From: an uncultured Alphaproteobacteria bacterium
GTDB taxonomy: Bacteria > Pseudomonadota > Alphaproteobacteria > Rs-D84 > CACZYB01
Reading direction: 5' to 3'
Assembly: GCA_934246625.1 (NCBI GenBank)
Contig: CAKQHZ010000004.1
Span: forward strand, 1-32,000
Length of the DNA: 32,000 nucleotides
Below the pieces are notes generated by a model. The model was not told where the DNA came from and made no database searches. It saw nothing but the letters and a program-made list of their open reading frames with translations. Positions 14,991 to 24,573 of this stretch are shown here, piece by piece. Numbering within the stretch: position 1 is the stretch's first letter; each line of letters starts with the position of its first letter. The position numbers were made by a program, and so were the translations under genes.

Positions 14991-16361
14991 ACTGCAAAAA
15001 CAATGGAAGATTTGGTTTCACTTTGCAAAAGACGTGGTTTTGTTTTTCAAAGTGGTGAAATTTATGGTGGATTAAAGGGAACTTATGATTATGGTCCTTT
15101 GGGTGTTGAACTTAAAAATAACCTAAAATCTGCTTGGTGGCGTGCAATGATTTATGACCGCGATGATATTGAAGGTCTTGATTCTTCTATACTTTCCAAC
15201 AGATTGATATTTAAACATTCTGGACATGAAACAACATTTACAGATCCTTTGGTTGATTGTAAAAAGTGTAAGCAAAGAATGCGTGCAGATAAACTTTTGG
15301 TGGCTGGAAAATGTGATTATTGTGGTTCAACAGAATTAACAGAACCAAGAGATTTTAATCTTATGATGAAGGTAAATATTGGTCCTGTTGTTGATGAAAA
15401 CAGCTATGCTTATTTACGACCAGAAACAGCACAGGGTATTTTTGTTAATTTTAAAAATATTTTGGATTCAACTTCTAAAAAGGTGCCATTTGGTATTGCA
15501 CAAATTGGTAAGGCATTTAGAAATGAAATTACCCCAAGAAACTTTATTTTCCGTGTTCGTGAATTTGAACAAATGGAAATGGAATTTTTTGTAAAGCCGG
15601 GTGATGATGAAAAATGGCATAAATATTGGATTGAAGAACGTAAAAAATGGTGGTTAAAGCAAGGTTTGACAGAAGAAAATCTTTCTTTTGAGGTGCATGA
15701 TAAATCTGATTTGGCACATTATGCAAAGGCTTGCACTGATATTGTATATAAGTTCCCTCATGGTATAGAAGAGCTTGAAGGAATTGCAAACAGATGTGAT
15801 TTCGACCTTGGTTCACATACAAAAGATGCTGAGGGTTTGGGAGTTAAGGCAAAAGTTTTGGAAAATAAAGATTCATCTGCTAAACTTTCTTATACTGACC
15901 CATATACAAAGGAAACCTATGTTCCATTTGTGATTGAACCTTCTGCTGGTGTAGACAGAGGAACTTTGGCAATACTTAATGAAGCATATACAGAGGAAAT
16001 TTTGGAAAATGGTGATAAGCGTATCGTTCTTAAATTAAAACCTCATTTGGCTCCTGTGAAAGTGGCGGTTATTCCTTTGGCTAAAAATAATCCTCAAATT
16101 ATGGAAAAGGCAGAAGAGTTAAGAGATAGACTTAAAATACTTGGTATTGGTAAAATTGTCCTTGAAACATCTGGTAATGTTGGAAAGTGTTATAGAAAAC
16201 ATGATGAAATTGGAACTCCTATTTGTTTGACGGTGGATTTCGAAACTTTGGAAAAGGACCCTGAAACTATTACTATTAGAGATAGGGATACAATGAGTCA
16301 AATAAGACTTCCTGTTAGTGAAGTGATTAACTATGTTTCTAATTTCTTTAAATATGTATAA
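14988..16361 (+). CDS. glyQS: glycine--tRNA ligase, single-chain alpha2 (GlyQS) type
   Basis: 457 aa. The N-terminus [44 protein letters not shown] is near-identical in pattern to dimeric GlyRS such as the Thermus enzyme. Confidence 0.92.
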   Translation: MTAKTMEDLVSLCKRRGFVFQSGEIYGGLKGTYDYGPLGVELKNNLKSAWWRAMIYDRDDIEGLDSSILSNRLIFKHSGHETTFTDPLVDCKKCKQRMRADKLLVAGKCDYCGSTELTEPRDFNLMMKVNIGPVVDENSYAYLRPETAQGIFVNFKNILDSTSKKVPFGIAQIGKAFRNEITPRNFIFRVREFEQMEMEFFVKPGDDEKWHKYWIEERKKWWLKQGLTEENLSFEVHDKSDLAHYAKACTDIVYKFPHGIEELEGIANRCDFDLGSHTKDAEGLGVKAKVLENKDSSAKLSYTDPYTKETYVPFVIEPSAGVDRGTLAILNEAYTEEILENGDKRIVLKLKPHLAPVKVAVIPLAKNNPQIMEKAEELRDRLKILGIGKIVLETSGNVGKCYRKHDEIGTPICLTVDFETLEKDPETITIRDRDTMSQIRLPVSEVINYVSNFFKYV

Positions 16362-16377
16362 ATAAAGGAGGTATGAA

Positions 16378-16854
16378 ATGAATAGAAAAAAAATGGTGCA
16401 AAAAATTAAAAAAACGCTTGGTGCAATTTTAATCTATTCATTTTCTATCTTTGTTTGTGTGCGATTTTATTCTTATTTCAAAGAATTAAAAAAAGAGAAT
16501 TTTTATACATTGGTTGCAGATGTTAAAAAAACAGATGAACTTAAGGAGGGCGGATTTGTCCGATTTTCTGGGATTGATATTGGAACAATTTCTAAACTTG
16601 AATTGATGAAAAATTTTACAGTAAAGGTTTATATGCAAATTGATAATAATATATCAATACCTGATGATAGTTCTATTGCAATATATACTGATGGTTTGAT
16701 AGGGGATAAGTATGTTGCGGTGCTTCCTGGTGGAAGTAGTGATTATATGAAAAATGGTGATGCCTTTGAATATGCTCAGGATTCTGTGAATATTACGGAA
16801 ATGATTGAAATGGGACTTTCACAATTTTTCAAAGATGAAAAAAAGGAGAATTAA
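16378..16854 (+). CDS. mlaD: MlaD-like MCE-domain lipid transport protein
   Basis: 158 aa. N-terminal TM helix followed by the MCE core VRFSGIDIGTISKLEL...IYTDGLIGDKYVAVLPG. AAAGGAGG lies upstream. Confidence 0.8.
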   Translation: MNRKKMVQKIKKTLGAILIYSFSIFVCVRFYSYFKELKKENFYTLVADVKKTDELKEGGFVRFSGIDIGTISKLELMKNFTVKVYMQIDNNISIPDDSSIAIYTDGLIGDKYVAVLPGGSSDYMKNGDAFEYAQDSVNITEMIEMGLSQFFKDEKKEN

Positions 16855-17328
16855 ATGTTTGGTTTTGGTAAAAATAAAGTAAAACTTTCTTTTATTTATA
16901 AAAATAAATCTTGGCTTTCAAATATTCCTGATATTGAAAAAATTTCAGAACGTGTTTTGAAAAATACCTTTAAAGCTGTTGGTGTGAAGCAAGTTAAAGG
17001 TATGGAAATAAATATACTTTTGACAAGTGATAAGGAAATACAAGAGCTTAATAAAAACTATAGAGGTAAAAATAAGCCAACAAATGTTTTATCATTTGAA
17101 ACTGGTGATGAATTTTTGCTTGGGGATATAGTAATGTCTTGGGCGACACTTAAAAAAGAGGCGGTTGCTGGTAAAATTTCTGTGAAGGACCATTATGCAC
17201 ATTTGCTTTGTCATGGAATTCTTCATTTGTTGGGATTTGACCATATTGATGAAGATGAAGCAAATGAAATGGAATTTTTTGAAGTAAAAATTTTGAAAAC
17301 TATGAAAATACAAAATCCTTATGAATAA
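16855..17328 (+). CDS. ybeY: rRNA maturation endoribonuclease YbeY
   Basis: 157 aa with the zinc-binding motif HGILHLLGFDH. Confidence 0.9.
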   Translation: MFGFGKNKVKLSFIYKNKSWLSNIPDIEKISERVLKNTFKAVGVKQVKGMEINILLTSDKEIQELNKNYRGKNKPTNVLSFETGDEFLLGDIVMSWATLKKEAVAGKISVKDHYAHLLCHGILHLLGFDHIDEDEANEMEFFEVKILKTMKIQNPYE

Positions 17329-18835
17329 AATTTTTTCTATTTTTATTTATGTTTTAATTGGGTTAATGGGAGGAATTGTTTTTCCTCCTTTTAATAAAAT
17401 GATTTTGTTATCACTTGTATGTGGTGGTATTTATTTTTCTTATTTATTATATGGAATAGTTCGTTCAAAAAGTGCTAGGGGTGCATTTTTGTTTTCATGG
17501 GGACTTGGGTTTCTTTCATATATTATTTCGTTTAGCTGGCTTGTCCAACCATTTGAGTTTGTTGGGGCAAGTGCGGTGGCTCCGCTGGTGGTTGTATTTT
17601 TTGATTTGTGTTGGTCGGTGTTTTTTGGAATTGTTGGACTATTTACTTTTTATATTAAAAGAGAAAAGCAATATTGTGGCTTTGCGATTTTATTTACTTT
17701 GATTGAGTGGGTAAAAAGTTGGATTTTTACAGGTTTCCCGTGGAATCCTGTTGCTCTTGTTTGGTCAAATAATTTGGCAATGATGCAAAGTGTAAGTGTG
17801 ATTGGGACTTATGGACTTGGCTTTATTACAATAAGTTTTTTGTGTTTGCCATATTTGTTTTTTGAACGTGGAAAAACAATTTTTAAAAGTTTGCAATTTT
17901 ATTGTGTTATGTGTTTGACGGTGGTTTCTTTATCCTTTGGATATTGGCGAATTGGTAAGTATAAGACCTTTGAACCTTTGGGAAAAAGTGTGAAACTTGT
18001 AAATCGAAATGTTGTGCAACAGGATAAATATGATATTTCAAATATTGATGAATATATAAAATTTTCGAAAATAGGTGCCAATACAGATATTGTTATTTGG
18101 TCGGAAACGGCTGTGCCTGTGGATTTGTTTCGTGATGAATATTCTTTGATGAAATTGATGAATTTTGTTGGTGATAATAAAACTTTGATTACTGGATTTG
18201 ATAGGGTTGAATTTCTTTCGGCGAGAAATTTTAAACTTTATAATGTTATGGCGATTATTGATTATGTTGGTATTTCAGATTTTTATGATAAGCGACATTT
18301 GGTTCCATTTGGTGAATATATTCCATTTAAAAAATTGATACCATTTCAAAAAATGGTGGAAGGAATGATTGATTTTTCAAGTGGTGAAAGAGAAGTTATA
18401 TTTGATATAGGTGGACTTAAAATTTATCCTGTTATTTGTTATGAGGCTATTTTTTCTGGATTAAAACTTCCTCAAGAGATTGATTTTATTGTTAATATTT
18501 CAAATGATAAATGGTTTGCGGGAATTGGAAAGGTGCAACATTTTGATATAGTTAAGTTTCGTGCTGTGGAGGAGGGGGTGCCGATTGTTCGTGTTGCAAA
18601 TGATGGTATAAGTGCGGTAATTTCTCCGCTGGGAAGTTTGATAAAGTCGATTGATGGACGCGAGTTTTTGAATGAAAGTGGGATTGTAGATGTGGAGTTG
18701 GTTAAACGAATCTCTCGACCATTTTTTTCAAAAACAGGGAATTTGTTAGTTGTTTTTCTTTTAATTTGTGGAGTTATTTGGTCTTTTTGTTCATTTAAAC
18801 CATTTGATTTTACAAAGAAAAATAAAAAATACTAA
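17321..18835 (+). CDS. lnt: apolipoprotein N-acyltransferase
   Basis: 504 aa. Multi-TM N-terminal half with FTGFPWNP, and a C-terminal CN-hydrolase domain (VIWSETA, ICYEAIF, NDKWF). Confidence 0.88.
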   Translation: MNKIFSIFIYVLIGLMGGIVFPPFNKMILLSLVCGGIYFSYLLYGIVRSKSARGAFLFSWGLGFLSYIISFSWLVQPFEFVGASAVAPLVVVFFDLCWSVFFGIVGLFTFYIKREKQYCGFAILFTLIEWVKSWIFTGFPWNPVALVWSNNLAMMQSVSVIGTYGLGFITISFLCLPYLFFERGKTIFKSLQFYCVMCLTVVSLSFGYWRIGKYKTFEPLGKSVKLVNRNVVQQDKYDISNIDEYIKFSKIGANTDIVIWSETAVPVDLFRDEYSLMKLMNFVGDNKTLITGFDRVEFLSARNFKLYNVMAIIDYVGISDFYDKRHLVPFGEYIPFKKLIPFQKMVEGMIDFSSGEREVIFDIGGLKIYPVICYEAIFSGLKLPQEIDFIVNISNDKWFAGIGKVQHFDIVKFRAVEEGVPIVRVANDGISAVISPLGSLIKSIDGREFLNESGIVDVELVKRISRPFFSKTGNLLVVFLLICGVIWSFCSFKPFDFTKKNKKY

Positions 18836-18913
18836 AATAAATAAAATATATATTGACAAAATTAAATAATTGTCATAAATTATCTTTAATTTAATAAATT
18901 AAGGAAAATAAAA

Positions 18914-19333
18914 ATGAAAACTAAAGAACGTATTTTTAATTTTACACTTGCATCTGCATCTTTTGCTATATGTTTTTGTGCTTTGTTAGGTAAAAAAGTA
19001 TATGATAAAAAATATAAATATGTTGAAAATACACTTGGTGAAGATGTTCAATATGTAATGTCAGATGAATATAAACAATATGAAAGACATATTGCGTATT
19101 ATACACAAAAATCTGGGATTACTATGGATGGGGCTATTACAAAACCTGCTTATTTTGTAAAGGTTCCAGCAGAATTTAAAAATGCAATTATAAATGTAAA
19201 GGATTTGAATAAAGAATTATTAAAGGAATATTTATCAATGAAATTTACAAAGGAAGAACAGATTCAATTTGAATGTGAGTTAAATTTGTATAATCAAGAT
19301 ATAATTGTAAATGATATGATAACAACACGATAA
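18914..19333 (+). CDS. hypothetical membrane-anchored protein
   Basis: 139-aa ORF with AAGGAAA upstream, an N-terminal hydrophobic segment (FNFTLASASFAICFCALLG) and a terminator downstream. No recognised domain. Confidence 0.5.
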   Translation: MKTKERIFNFTLASASFAICFCALLGKKVYDKKYKYVENTLGEDVQYVMSDEYKQYERHIAYYTQKSGITMDGAITKPAYFVKVPAEFKNAIINVKDLNKELLKEYLSMKFTKEEQIQFECELNLYNQDIIVNDMITTR

Positions 19334-19337
19334 AATT

Positions 19338-19362
19338 AAATCCCCCATTTGGGGGATTTTTT
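19338..19362. terminator. bidirectional intrinsic terminator
   Basis: aaatccccc (19338-19346), loop attt, gggggattt (19351-19359), then a T-run. It lies between convergent genes 18914..19333 and dksA. Confidence 0.65.
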
Positions 19363-19801
19363 AATTGTTGTATAATTTTTCTTTTGTTTCGTGCTCTTCT
19401 TGGGCCTCTACTGACATTGTGGCAACTGGACGAGCCTCTAATCTTTTAAGTCCGATTGGTTCATCTGTAATTTCACAATATCCGAATGTGCCATCATCTA
19501 TTCTTTTTAATGCAGCATCAATTTTTGATATGAGTTTTCTTTCTCTATCTCTTGCACGAAGTTCAAGTTGTTTTAATGCTTCATCATTTGCACGATCAAC
19601 TTCATCACCAGCAGCACTGTATGTGTCAGAAGTTTCTTCTGTTAAAATTTTTAATGTTTCTTCACTGCCGTGTAAAAGTTCTTCTTTCCAATTAAGTAAT
19701 TTTTGACGGAAGTATTCTAGTTGCATAGGATTCATATATTCTTCATCTTCAGAAGGAACGTATCCTGGTGGTAATTCGATTTTCTTTTTGTCTTCTGTCA
19801 T
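19361..19801 (-). CDS. dksA: RNA polymerase-binding transcription factor DksA (lacks the C4 zinc-finger cysteines)
   Basis: 146 aa. Coiled-coil tip motif DEVDRANDEA, C-terminal GTFGYCEITDEPIGLKRLEARPVATMSVEAQ. The whole protein contains only one Cys. Confidence 0.88.
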   Translation of the reverse strand: MTEDKKKIELPPGYVPSEDEEYMNPMQLEYFRQKLLNWKEELLHGSEETLKILTEETSDTYSAAGDEVDRANDEALKQLELRARDRERKLISKIDAALKRIDDGTFGYCEITDEPIGLKRLEARPVATMSVEAQEEHETKEKLYNN

Positions 19802-19837
19802 TTTTTAACCTCTTTAGTTAGTTAATTTTATAATAGT

Positions 19838-20158
19838 TTAAATGTTTTCATTTATAAAATCAACTAAAGATTTTTTTGACATTGAACCGCTGTGAGATGC
19901 AAGAACTTCGCCATTTTTGAAAAGAATTATTGTTGGAACACCTGTAATATTGTATTTTGCAGGAAGTGTTTGTGCTTCGTCAACATTTGCCTTAAAGAAA
20001 TTTAGTTTATCACCCATTTCATTTGAAACTTCCTCAACAGTTGGTAAAAATTGACGGCATGGACCACACCATTGTGCCCAAAAATCAACCAAAGCGATTT
20101 TATCTGATTTTAATACTAAATCTTCGAAATTTGCATCTGTTATTGATGTAAAAGCCAT
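19838..20158 (-). CDS. trxA: thioredoxin
   Basis: 106 aa with the active site WAQWCGPC. Confidence 0.93.
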   Translation of the reverse strand: MAFTSITDANFEDLVLKSDKIALVDFWAQWCGPCRQFLPTVEEVSNEMGDKLNFFKANVDEAQTLPAKYNITGVPTIILFKNGEVLASHSGSMSKKSLVDFINENI

Positions 20159-20238
20159 ATTTTTTCTCCTTGTCTAATTGTTAAAGTCGTATTATATTAT
20201 ATAGTATAATTTTTAAAAATTGCAATAGGTATATTTTG

Positions 20239-21438
20239 ATGAATGATATAAAAAAACTTTTTCCAATATTTGGAAATAATAAAGATTTAGTCTATTTGGA
20301 TAGTGGCGCATCTGCACAAAAACCTTTGTCTGTGATAAAGGGGATAAGTGATTTTTATATGTCAAGTTATGCTAATATCCATAGGGGTATTTATAAGTTG
20401 TCGGAAGTTTCTTCTTCTTTGTATGACGAAGCAAGAAATAAAGTTCGCAATTTTATTGGAGCAAAGTTTCCCGAGGAAATTATTTTTACAAAGGGAACAA
20501 CCGAGGCAATAAATTTGCTTTGTTCTGTGTTTTCAAGCAATCTTTGTTCAGGAGATGAAATTATTGTGTCCGAGGAAGAGCATCATTCTAATTTAGTGCC
20601 ATGGCAACAAATGGCAATGAAAAAAAATGTTGTGCTTAAGTTTATGCCTGTGCTTGAAAATAAGAAACTTGATTATGATTGGCTTGAAAAAAATGTTTCA
20701 CCAAAGGTTAAGTTGGTTTGCATAACTGGACAATCAAATGTAATAGGACTTAAAAACAATATAAAAAAGATTGTTGCGATTTCACATAAAGTTGGTGCAA
20801 AGGTCTTAATTGATGGGGCACAACTTCTTTGTCATTTTAAAGTTGATGTGTCGGATTTGGATATTGATTTTCTTGCATTTTCAGGACATAAAATTTATGG
20901 GCCAAATGGCATTGGTGTTTTATATGGAAAGCGTGATTTGTTAAGAGAGCTTCCTCCTTATCAATATGGTGGTGATATGGTGGAACGTGTTGATTTTGAT
21001 AAGACGACTTTTCGTGATGTGCCTGAACGATTTGAGGCAGGAACTCCTCCTATTGCAGAGGCGATTGGACTTGGCTTTGCAATTGATTTTGTGAACGAAT
21101 TTGGTATGGAAAAAATTGAAGAAGAATCAAAAATTTTGACGGAATATACTATATCTTGTTTGAAAAATATTGATGGTGTCAGATTGTTAAGTAGTGATGA
21201 TTCAAATGGAGTTGTAAGTTTTGTTGTTGATGGAGTTTCTTCATTTGATATTGGTTCATATCTTTCAATGAAAAATATTTGTATAAGGATTGGAAAGCAT
21301 TGTGCTGAACCTTTGCATAATAAGTTTGGTGTTGAAAGCAGTATGCGAATTTCGTTAGGTATTTATAATGATAAAAATGATATAGATATTTTTATTTCTG
21401 AATTTAAAAAAGCAATAAATTTATTAAAGGGTGTTTAA
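20239..21438 (+). CDS. sufS: cysteine desulfurase, SufS/CsdA class II
   Basis: ORF 20236..21438 begins at TTG. ATG 20239 is the more likely start. Contains PLP-lysine FSGHKIYGP and active-site RIGKHCAEP. Followed by a SUF-associated DUF59 gene. Confidence 0.88.
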   Translation: MNDIKKLFPIFGNNKDLVYLDSGASAQKPLSVIKGISDFYMSSYANIHRGIYKLSEVSSSLYDEARNKVRNFIGAKFPEEIIFTKGTTEAINLLCSVFSSNLCSGDEIIVSEEEHHSNLVPWQQMAMKKNVVLKFMPVLENKKLDYDWLEKNVSPKVKLVCITGQSNVIGLKNNIKKIVAISHKVGAKVLIDGAQLLCHFKVDVSDLDIDFLAFSGHKIYGPNGIGVLYGKRDLLRELPPYQYGGDMVERVDFDKTTFRDVPERFEAGTPPIAEAIGLGFAIDFVNEFGMEKIEEESKILTEYTISCLKNIDGVRLLSSDDSNGVVSFVVDGVSSFDIGSYLSMKNICIRIGKHCAEPLHNKFGVESSMRISLGIYNDKNDIDIFISEFKKAINLLKGV

Positions 21439-21861
21439 ATGGTTGAAGGTGTGAATCCTACAAAATTAACTTTTGATGGTGAGGTAAAAGAGCTTCAAGA
21501 TATTATTATTAAGTCTGGTGAAAAATTAAAAGATGGTGTGCCAGTTGCATCAAAAGATGATGTGATTGATGCTTTGAAACTTGTGTTTGACCCAGAAATC
21601 AATGTTGATGTGTATAATCTTGGGCTTATTTATAAAATTGAAATTTCGTTTGATGGAAATGTTTTTATTGAAATGACTTTGACTTCTCCTACTTGTCCTA
21701 TGGCAGAAGAAATTCCGCATTGGGTTGCAGATAGTGTGGCTTCTGTGGAAGGGGTTGGTGAAGTTGAGGTGAAACTTGTATGGGCTCCTTCTTGGGATTT
21801 AAGCAAAATGAGTGATGAAGCCCGTTTCCAACTTGATATTGCAGATATGGATTTGGAATAA
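21439..21861 (+). CDS. DUF59 (SufT/MIP18-like) Fe-S cluster assembly protein
   Basis: 140 aa. VFDPEINVDVYNLGLIY and TLTSPTCPMAEEI are the conserved DUF59 motifs. The start abuts the sufS stop. Confidence 0.8.
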   Translation: MVEGVNPTKLTFDGEVKELQDIIIKSGEKLKDGVPVASKDDVIDALKLVFDPEINVDVYNLGLIYKIEISFDGNVFIEMTLTSPTCPMAEEIPHWVADSVASVEGVGEVEVKLVWAPSWDLSKMSDEARFQLDIADMDLE

Positions 21862-21865
21862 TTAT

Positions 21866-24526
21866 TTATCCTATTATTTCTTTTAGTATCATATATGCCT
21901 TTCCAATATCGGTTGAGGTGATTGTGGAAAGAAGTATGATGCTTTTGTCGGTGGTTGATGCCTTTATAATAAGGTTATCAAATTCGGTTATGTATGTTTT
22001 TACAAAATCGTAAAATTCTTTGTTTGTTGAAAGAAGTTCTTTTAATGAAGAAATTTGCTTCTTACTTAAAATGTGATTAAGGTATTTTGAAAATACATTT
22101 TTGTGGCCTGCTTTGTATTTGCTCCAAAGTTCGCTGTTGACTTCGGGTGCAAGAATTTGTGATAAGTCCAAAGATGTTTCATTTATTTTTTCGATTATAT
22201 AGCCAGCCTTATTTAAAAAATCATCGGTTGAAATTTTTTCTGGTTCCTTTGGTTTGTTGGCATTAAGTTTTTCAAGGTTTTGTTGAAGTTCCTTTGAAAG
22301 TTGATTTGTATAGGTTGCAAGTTTTGTAATTGCTTGGGTTGAATTGTTTGAAATGTATTCGATTTCAGATGTTTTTTCATTTGCGAATTTTGAAAATTCT
22401 GAACCAATAATGTTTAAATTTTCAATAAGTTGTTTTGATTTTTGTTTTGTTGAATCAATCGCATTATTGATATTTTCAGCATTTTTTGATAATGAATTGC
22501 CAAGGCCACTTATTGAATTGTTTAATTCTGGGATTGTTTTAGATGCCTTTATAATGTCAGATGAAATTGTGCCAACTAAATCCTTTGTTTGATATGCGGT
22601 TGCTTCTAAACTTGAAGTTTGTTGTTTTAATTCGTTTAGCAAATTGTTGATTTCAATATTTGTGTTTTTGGATTTTTCTGCAAAATCTTGGGACATATTT
22701 TTGAAATTAACAGATTGTTCGATTGAAGATTCAATGTTGTCTGAAATAATTTTTGATGCAGTAGATGAATTTTGTAAAATACTGTTGTTTATCATTTTAA
22801 ATTTTTCATCAATTTGTGATGCAAGGTTTAAAACATTATTAACGGTAGAGGCAATTTTGCCATTCATACTGTCGATTTTTAAGAAAATATTTTCGGTGAT
22901 AGAGGAGAGTTTTTCACCTTGCTTTTCAATAGAAATTTCACCCAAGGTTGTTTGGGTTGAAATGTTATTTCCGATTTCTTCCAAATCATTGATTTGGTTT
23001 TTAAGGGTTGTTCGGATATCGGTTGCGAATTTAAGTGCAGCTTCGGCTTGGGTTGAAAGATTTGATTTTGATTTTGTCATTAAATTATTTATTTCTGTTG
23101 TCGCAGATTTTATATTATTTGATGTATTGATAATTTCAGATGAGGAGTTTTTGATATTATCTGTTGTTTCAATAGTTATATCCTTTACATCTTTGATTGA
23201 TTTTATAAAGTTATCTTTTTCATTTGCAATTTTTGATGAAAGGGTTGAAATGTTTTGTGCAACTTCTGATGATGTTTCAAAAAGATTGTCCTTTTGATTA
23301 TTGATTTCGTTTGCAATGTCTTTGAAATTTGAAATAATTGTATCAGAAATTTTATTCATACTTGAACTGATGGCTTCAAATTTTGTTTCAACATTTGCAA
23401 CGGTGGTAAGTATGTTTGAAGTTTTGTCTTCGAATTGTTTGATTTGTTCGTGTAGCTTTTGTGCAATAAATTTGCTTTGTGTAGAAATTTGTTCAAGTGT
23501 ATTATAAGTTAATTTTTTGTTTTCATTTGAAATTATGTTTATTGTATTTATTGATGATGTTAAATCATTTGATACAGATGAAATTCTTTCTGCTGAGATA
23601 TTACTTTTTGCAATGAAAAGTTTTGTTTTTTCATCAATTTTATCCAAAATTTGATTTGAACGAGTATTTGCAATTTCGGTTGAGGTAATAATTTTTTCGC
23701 CAATATCTTTGAATATATTTGATGTATTTTGTGCTTGTGTAAGTGCTGTGTTTGTAGCATTTTCAATATTAAGAGTGTTTGAGTTTAGCTCGGTTATTGT
23801 TTCTTCGAGTTTTGTTGCTTGGCTTAAAAGGTCAGTTGTGATTGAGTTTGTTTTTTTCTCAAGCAAAGAGGTTGTATCATTTAATTTTGTTATATCTGTG
23901 ATAGATTTGTTTAAATTTGTTGTAATATTATTTAATGTTGTTTCATGTTGTTGCATAGATGCAGTATTGTTTTTGATGTTATTAGAAACTTCGGTATGGA
24001 TTTGTGCAAGTTTTGTTGCAAAATCGCTAAATGTTTCAATAGTTTTTTTTAGTTCGTTTGTTTCAGTTTGAATTTTTTGTTTTATTACCTTTGTAATAAC
24101 AGATGTATCACCGTATGGGTCGATAATGCTTTGTAAAAATGGATAAATAACCTTATGTTCGTAATCAGAATTTATATTTTTATCAATGTATAATGCACTT
24201 ATCCAAATAAAGCAAATAGGCATAATAATCCCAGATAAAAATCCACCAAATTCATGAGGAAGCATTTGAAATATTTTTGCAAAAGTATATGTTTGATTTG
24301 CGGAATAAGACCAAATAAAAATTATCCATAATAAACTTATGATACCAGCACTTATGTATATATAGGTAGGGTTGATTTTGCGAAAACCATAAACTTTGTT
24401 AAATTCGTTGTATTGAGATTTCAATGATTTGATTTCAGAATTTTTGTCTTCTTTGTCTTTGTTTATAGAAAGTTTTATTTCTTTTGTCATTTTTTTCTTG
24501 CCCCTCTGGTTTTTATATATTATCAT
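21866..24526 (-). CDS. large membrane-anchored repetitive protein with predicted long alpha-helical region, function unknown
   Basis: 886 aa. Two N-terminal hydrophobic helices (IYISAGIISLLWIIFIWSY and FGGFLSGIIMPICFIWISALYI) are followed by ~650 aa of N/S/T/I/K/E-rich repetitive sequence and a distinct C-terminal ~120-aa region. The start could alternatively be Met13 (24490). Confidence 0.7.
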   Translation of the reverse strand: MIIYKNQRGKKKMTKEIKLSINKDKEDKNSEIKSLKSQYNEFNKVYGFRKINPTYIYISAGIISLLWIIFIWSYSANQTYTFAKIFQMLPHEFGGFLSGIIMPICFIWISALYIDKNINSDYEHKVIYPFLQSIIDPYGDTSVITKVIKQKIQTETNELKKTIETFSDFATKLAQIHTEVSNNIKNNTASMQQHETTLNNITTNLNKSITDITKLNDTTSLLEKKTNSITTDLLSQATKLEETITELNSNTLNIENATNTALTQAQNTSNIFKDIGEKIITSTEIANTRSNQILDKIDEKTKLFIAKSNISAERISSVSNDLTSSINTINIISNENKKLTYNTLEQISTQSKFIAQKLHEQIKQFEDKTSNILTTVANVETKFEAISSSMNKISDTIISNFKDIANEINNQKDNLFETSSEVAQNISTLSSKIANEKDNFIKSIKDVKDITIETTDNIKNSSSEIINTSNNIKSATTEINNLMTKSKSNLSTQAEAALKFATDIRTTLKNQINDLEEIGNNISTQTTLGEISIEKQGEKLSSITENIFLKIDSMNGKIASTVNNVLNLASQIDEKFKMINNSILQNSSTASKIISDNIESSIEQSVNFKNMSQDFAEKSKNTNIEINNLLNELKQQTSSLEATAYQTKDLVGTISSDIIKASKTIPELNNSISGLGNSLSKNAENINNAIDSTKQKSKQLIENLNIIGSEFSKFANEKTSEIEYISNNSTQAITKLATYTNQLSKELQQNLEKLNANKPKEPEKISTDDFLNKAGYIIEKINETSLDLSQILAPEVNSELWSKYKAGHKNVFSKYLNHILSKKQISSLKELLSTNKEFYDFVKTYITEFDNLIIKASTTDKSIILLSTITSTDIGKAYMILKEIIG

Positions 24527-24573
24527 AAAAACAATCTTAAAACAACTTTTTATTATTTATATAGAGGGGAAAT

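Noticed and set aside
18853-18875. Inverted hexamers TGACAA/TTGTCA in ttgacaaaattaaataattgtca upstream of gene 18914, a possible operator overlapping a TTGACA -35.
   Set aside because: The arms are only 6 bp in AT-rich DNA and I recognise no known regulator motif. I keep it as an unsupported possibility only.
22213-24071. Multiple long ORFs within the 886-aa gene region: antisense on + (22344..22592, 22644..23297 at 217 aa, 23301..23507, 23709..24071) and off-frame on - (22213..22407, 23560..23766).
   Set aside because: They are by-products of the low-complexity, stop-poor repetitive coding sequence of the large minus-strand gene. They have no RBS and are S/F/I/V-rich mirror-image compositions.
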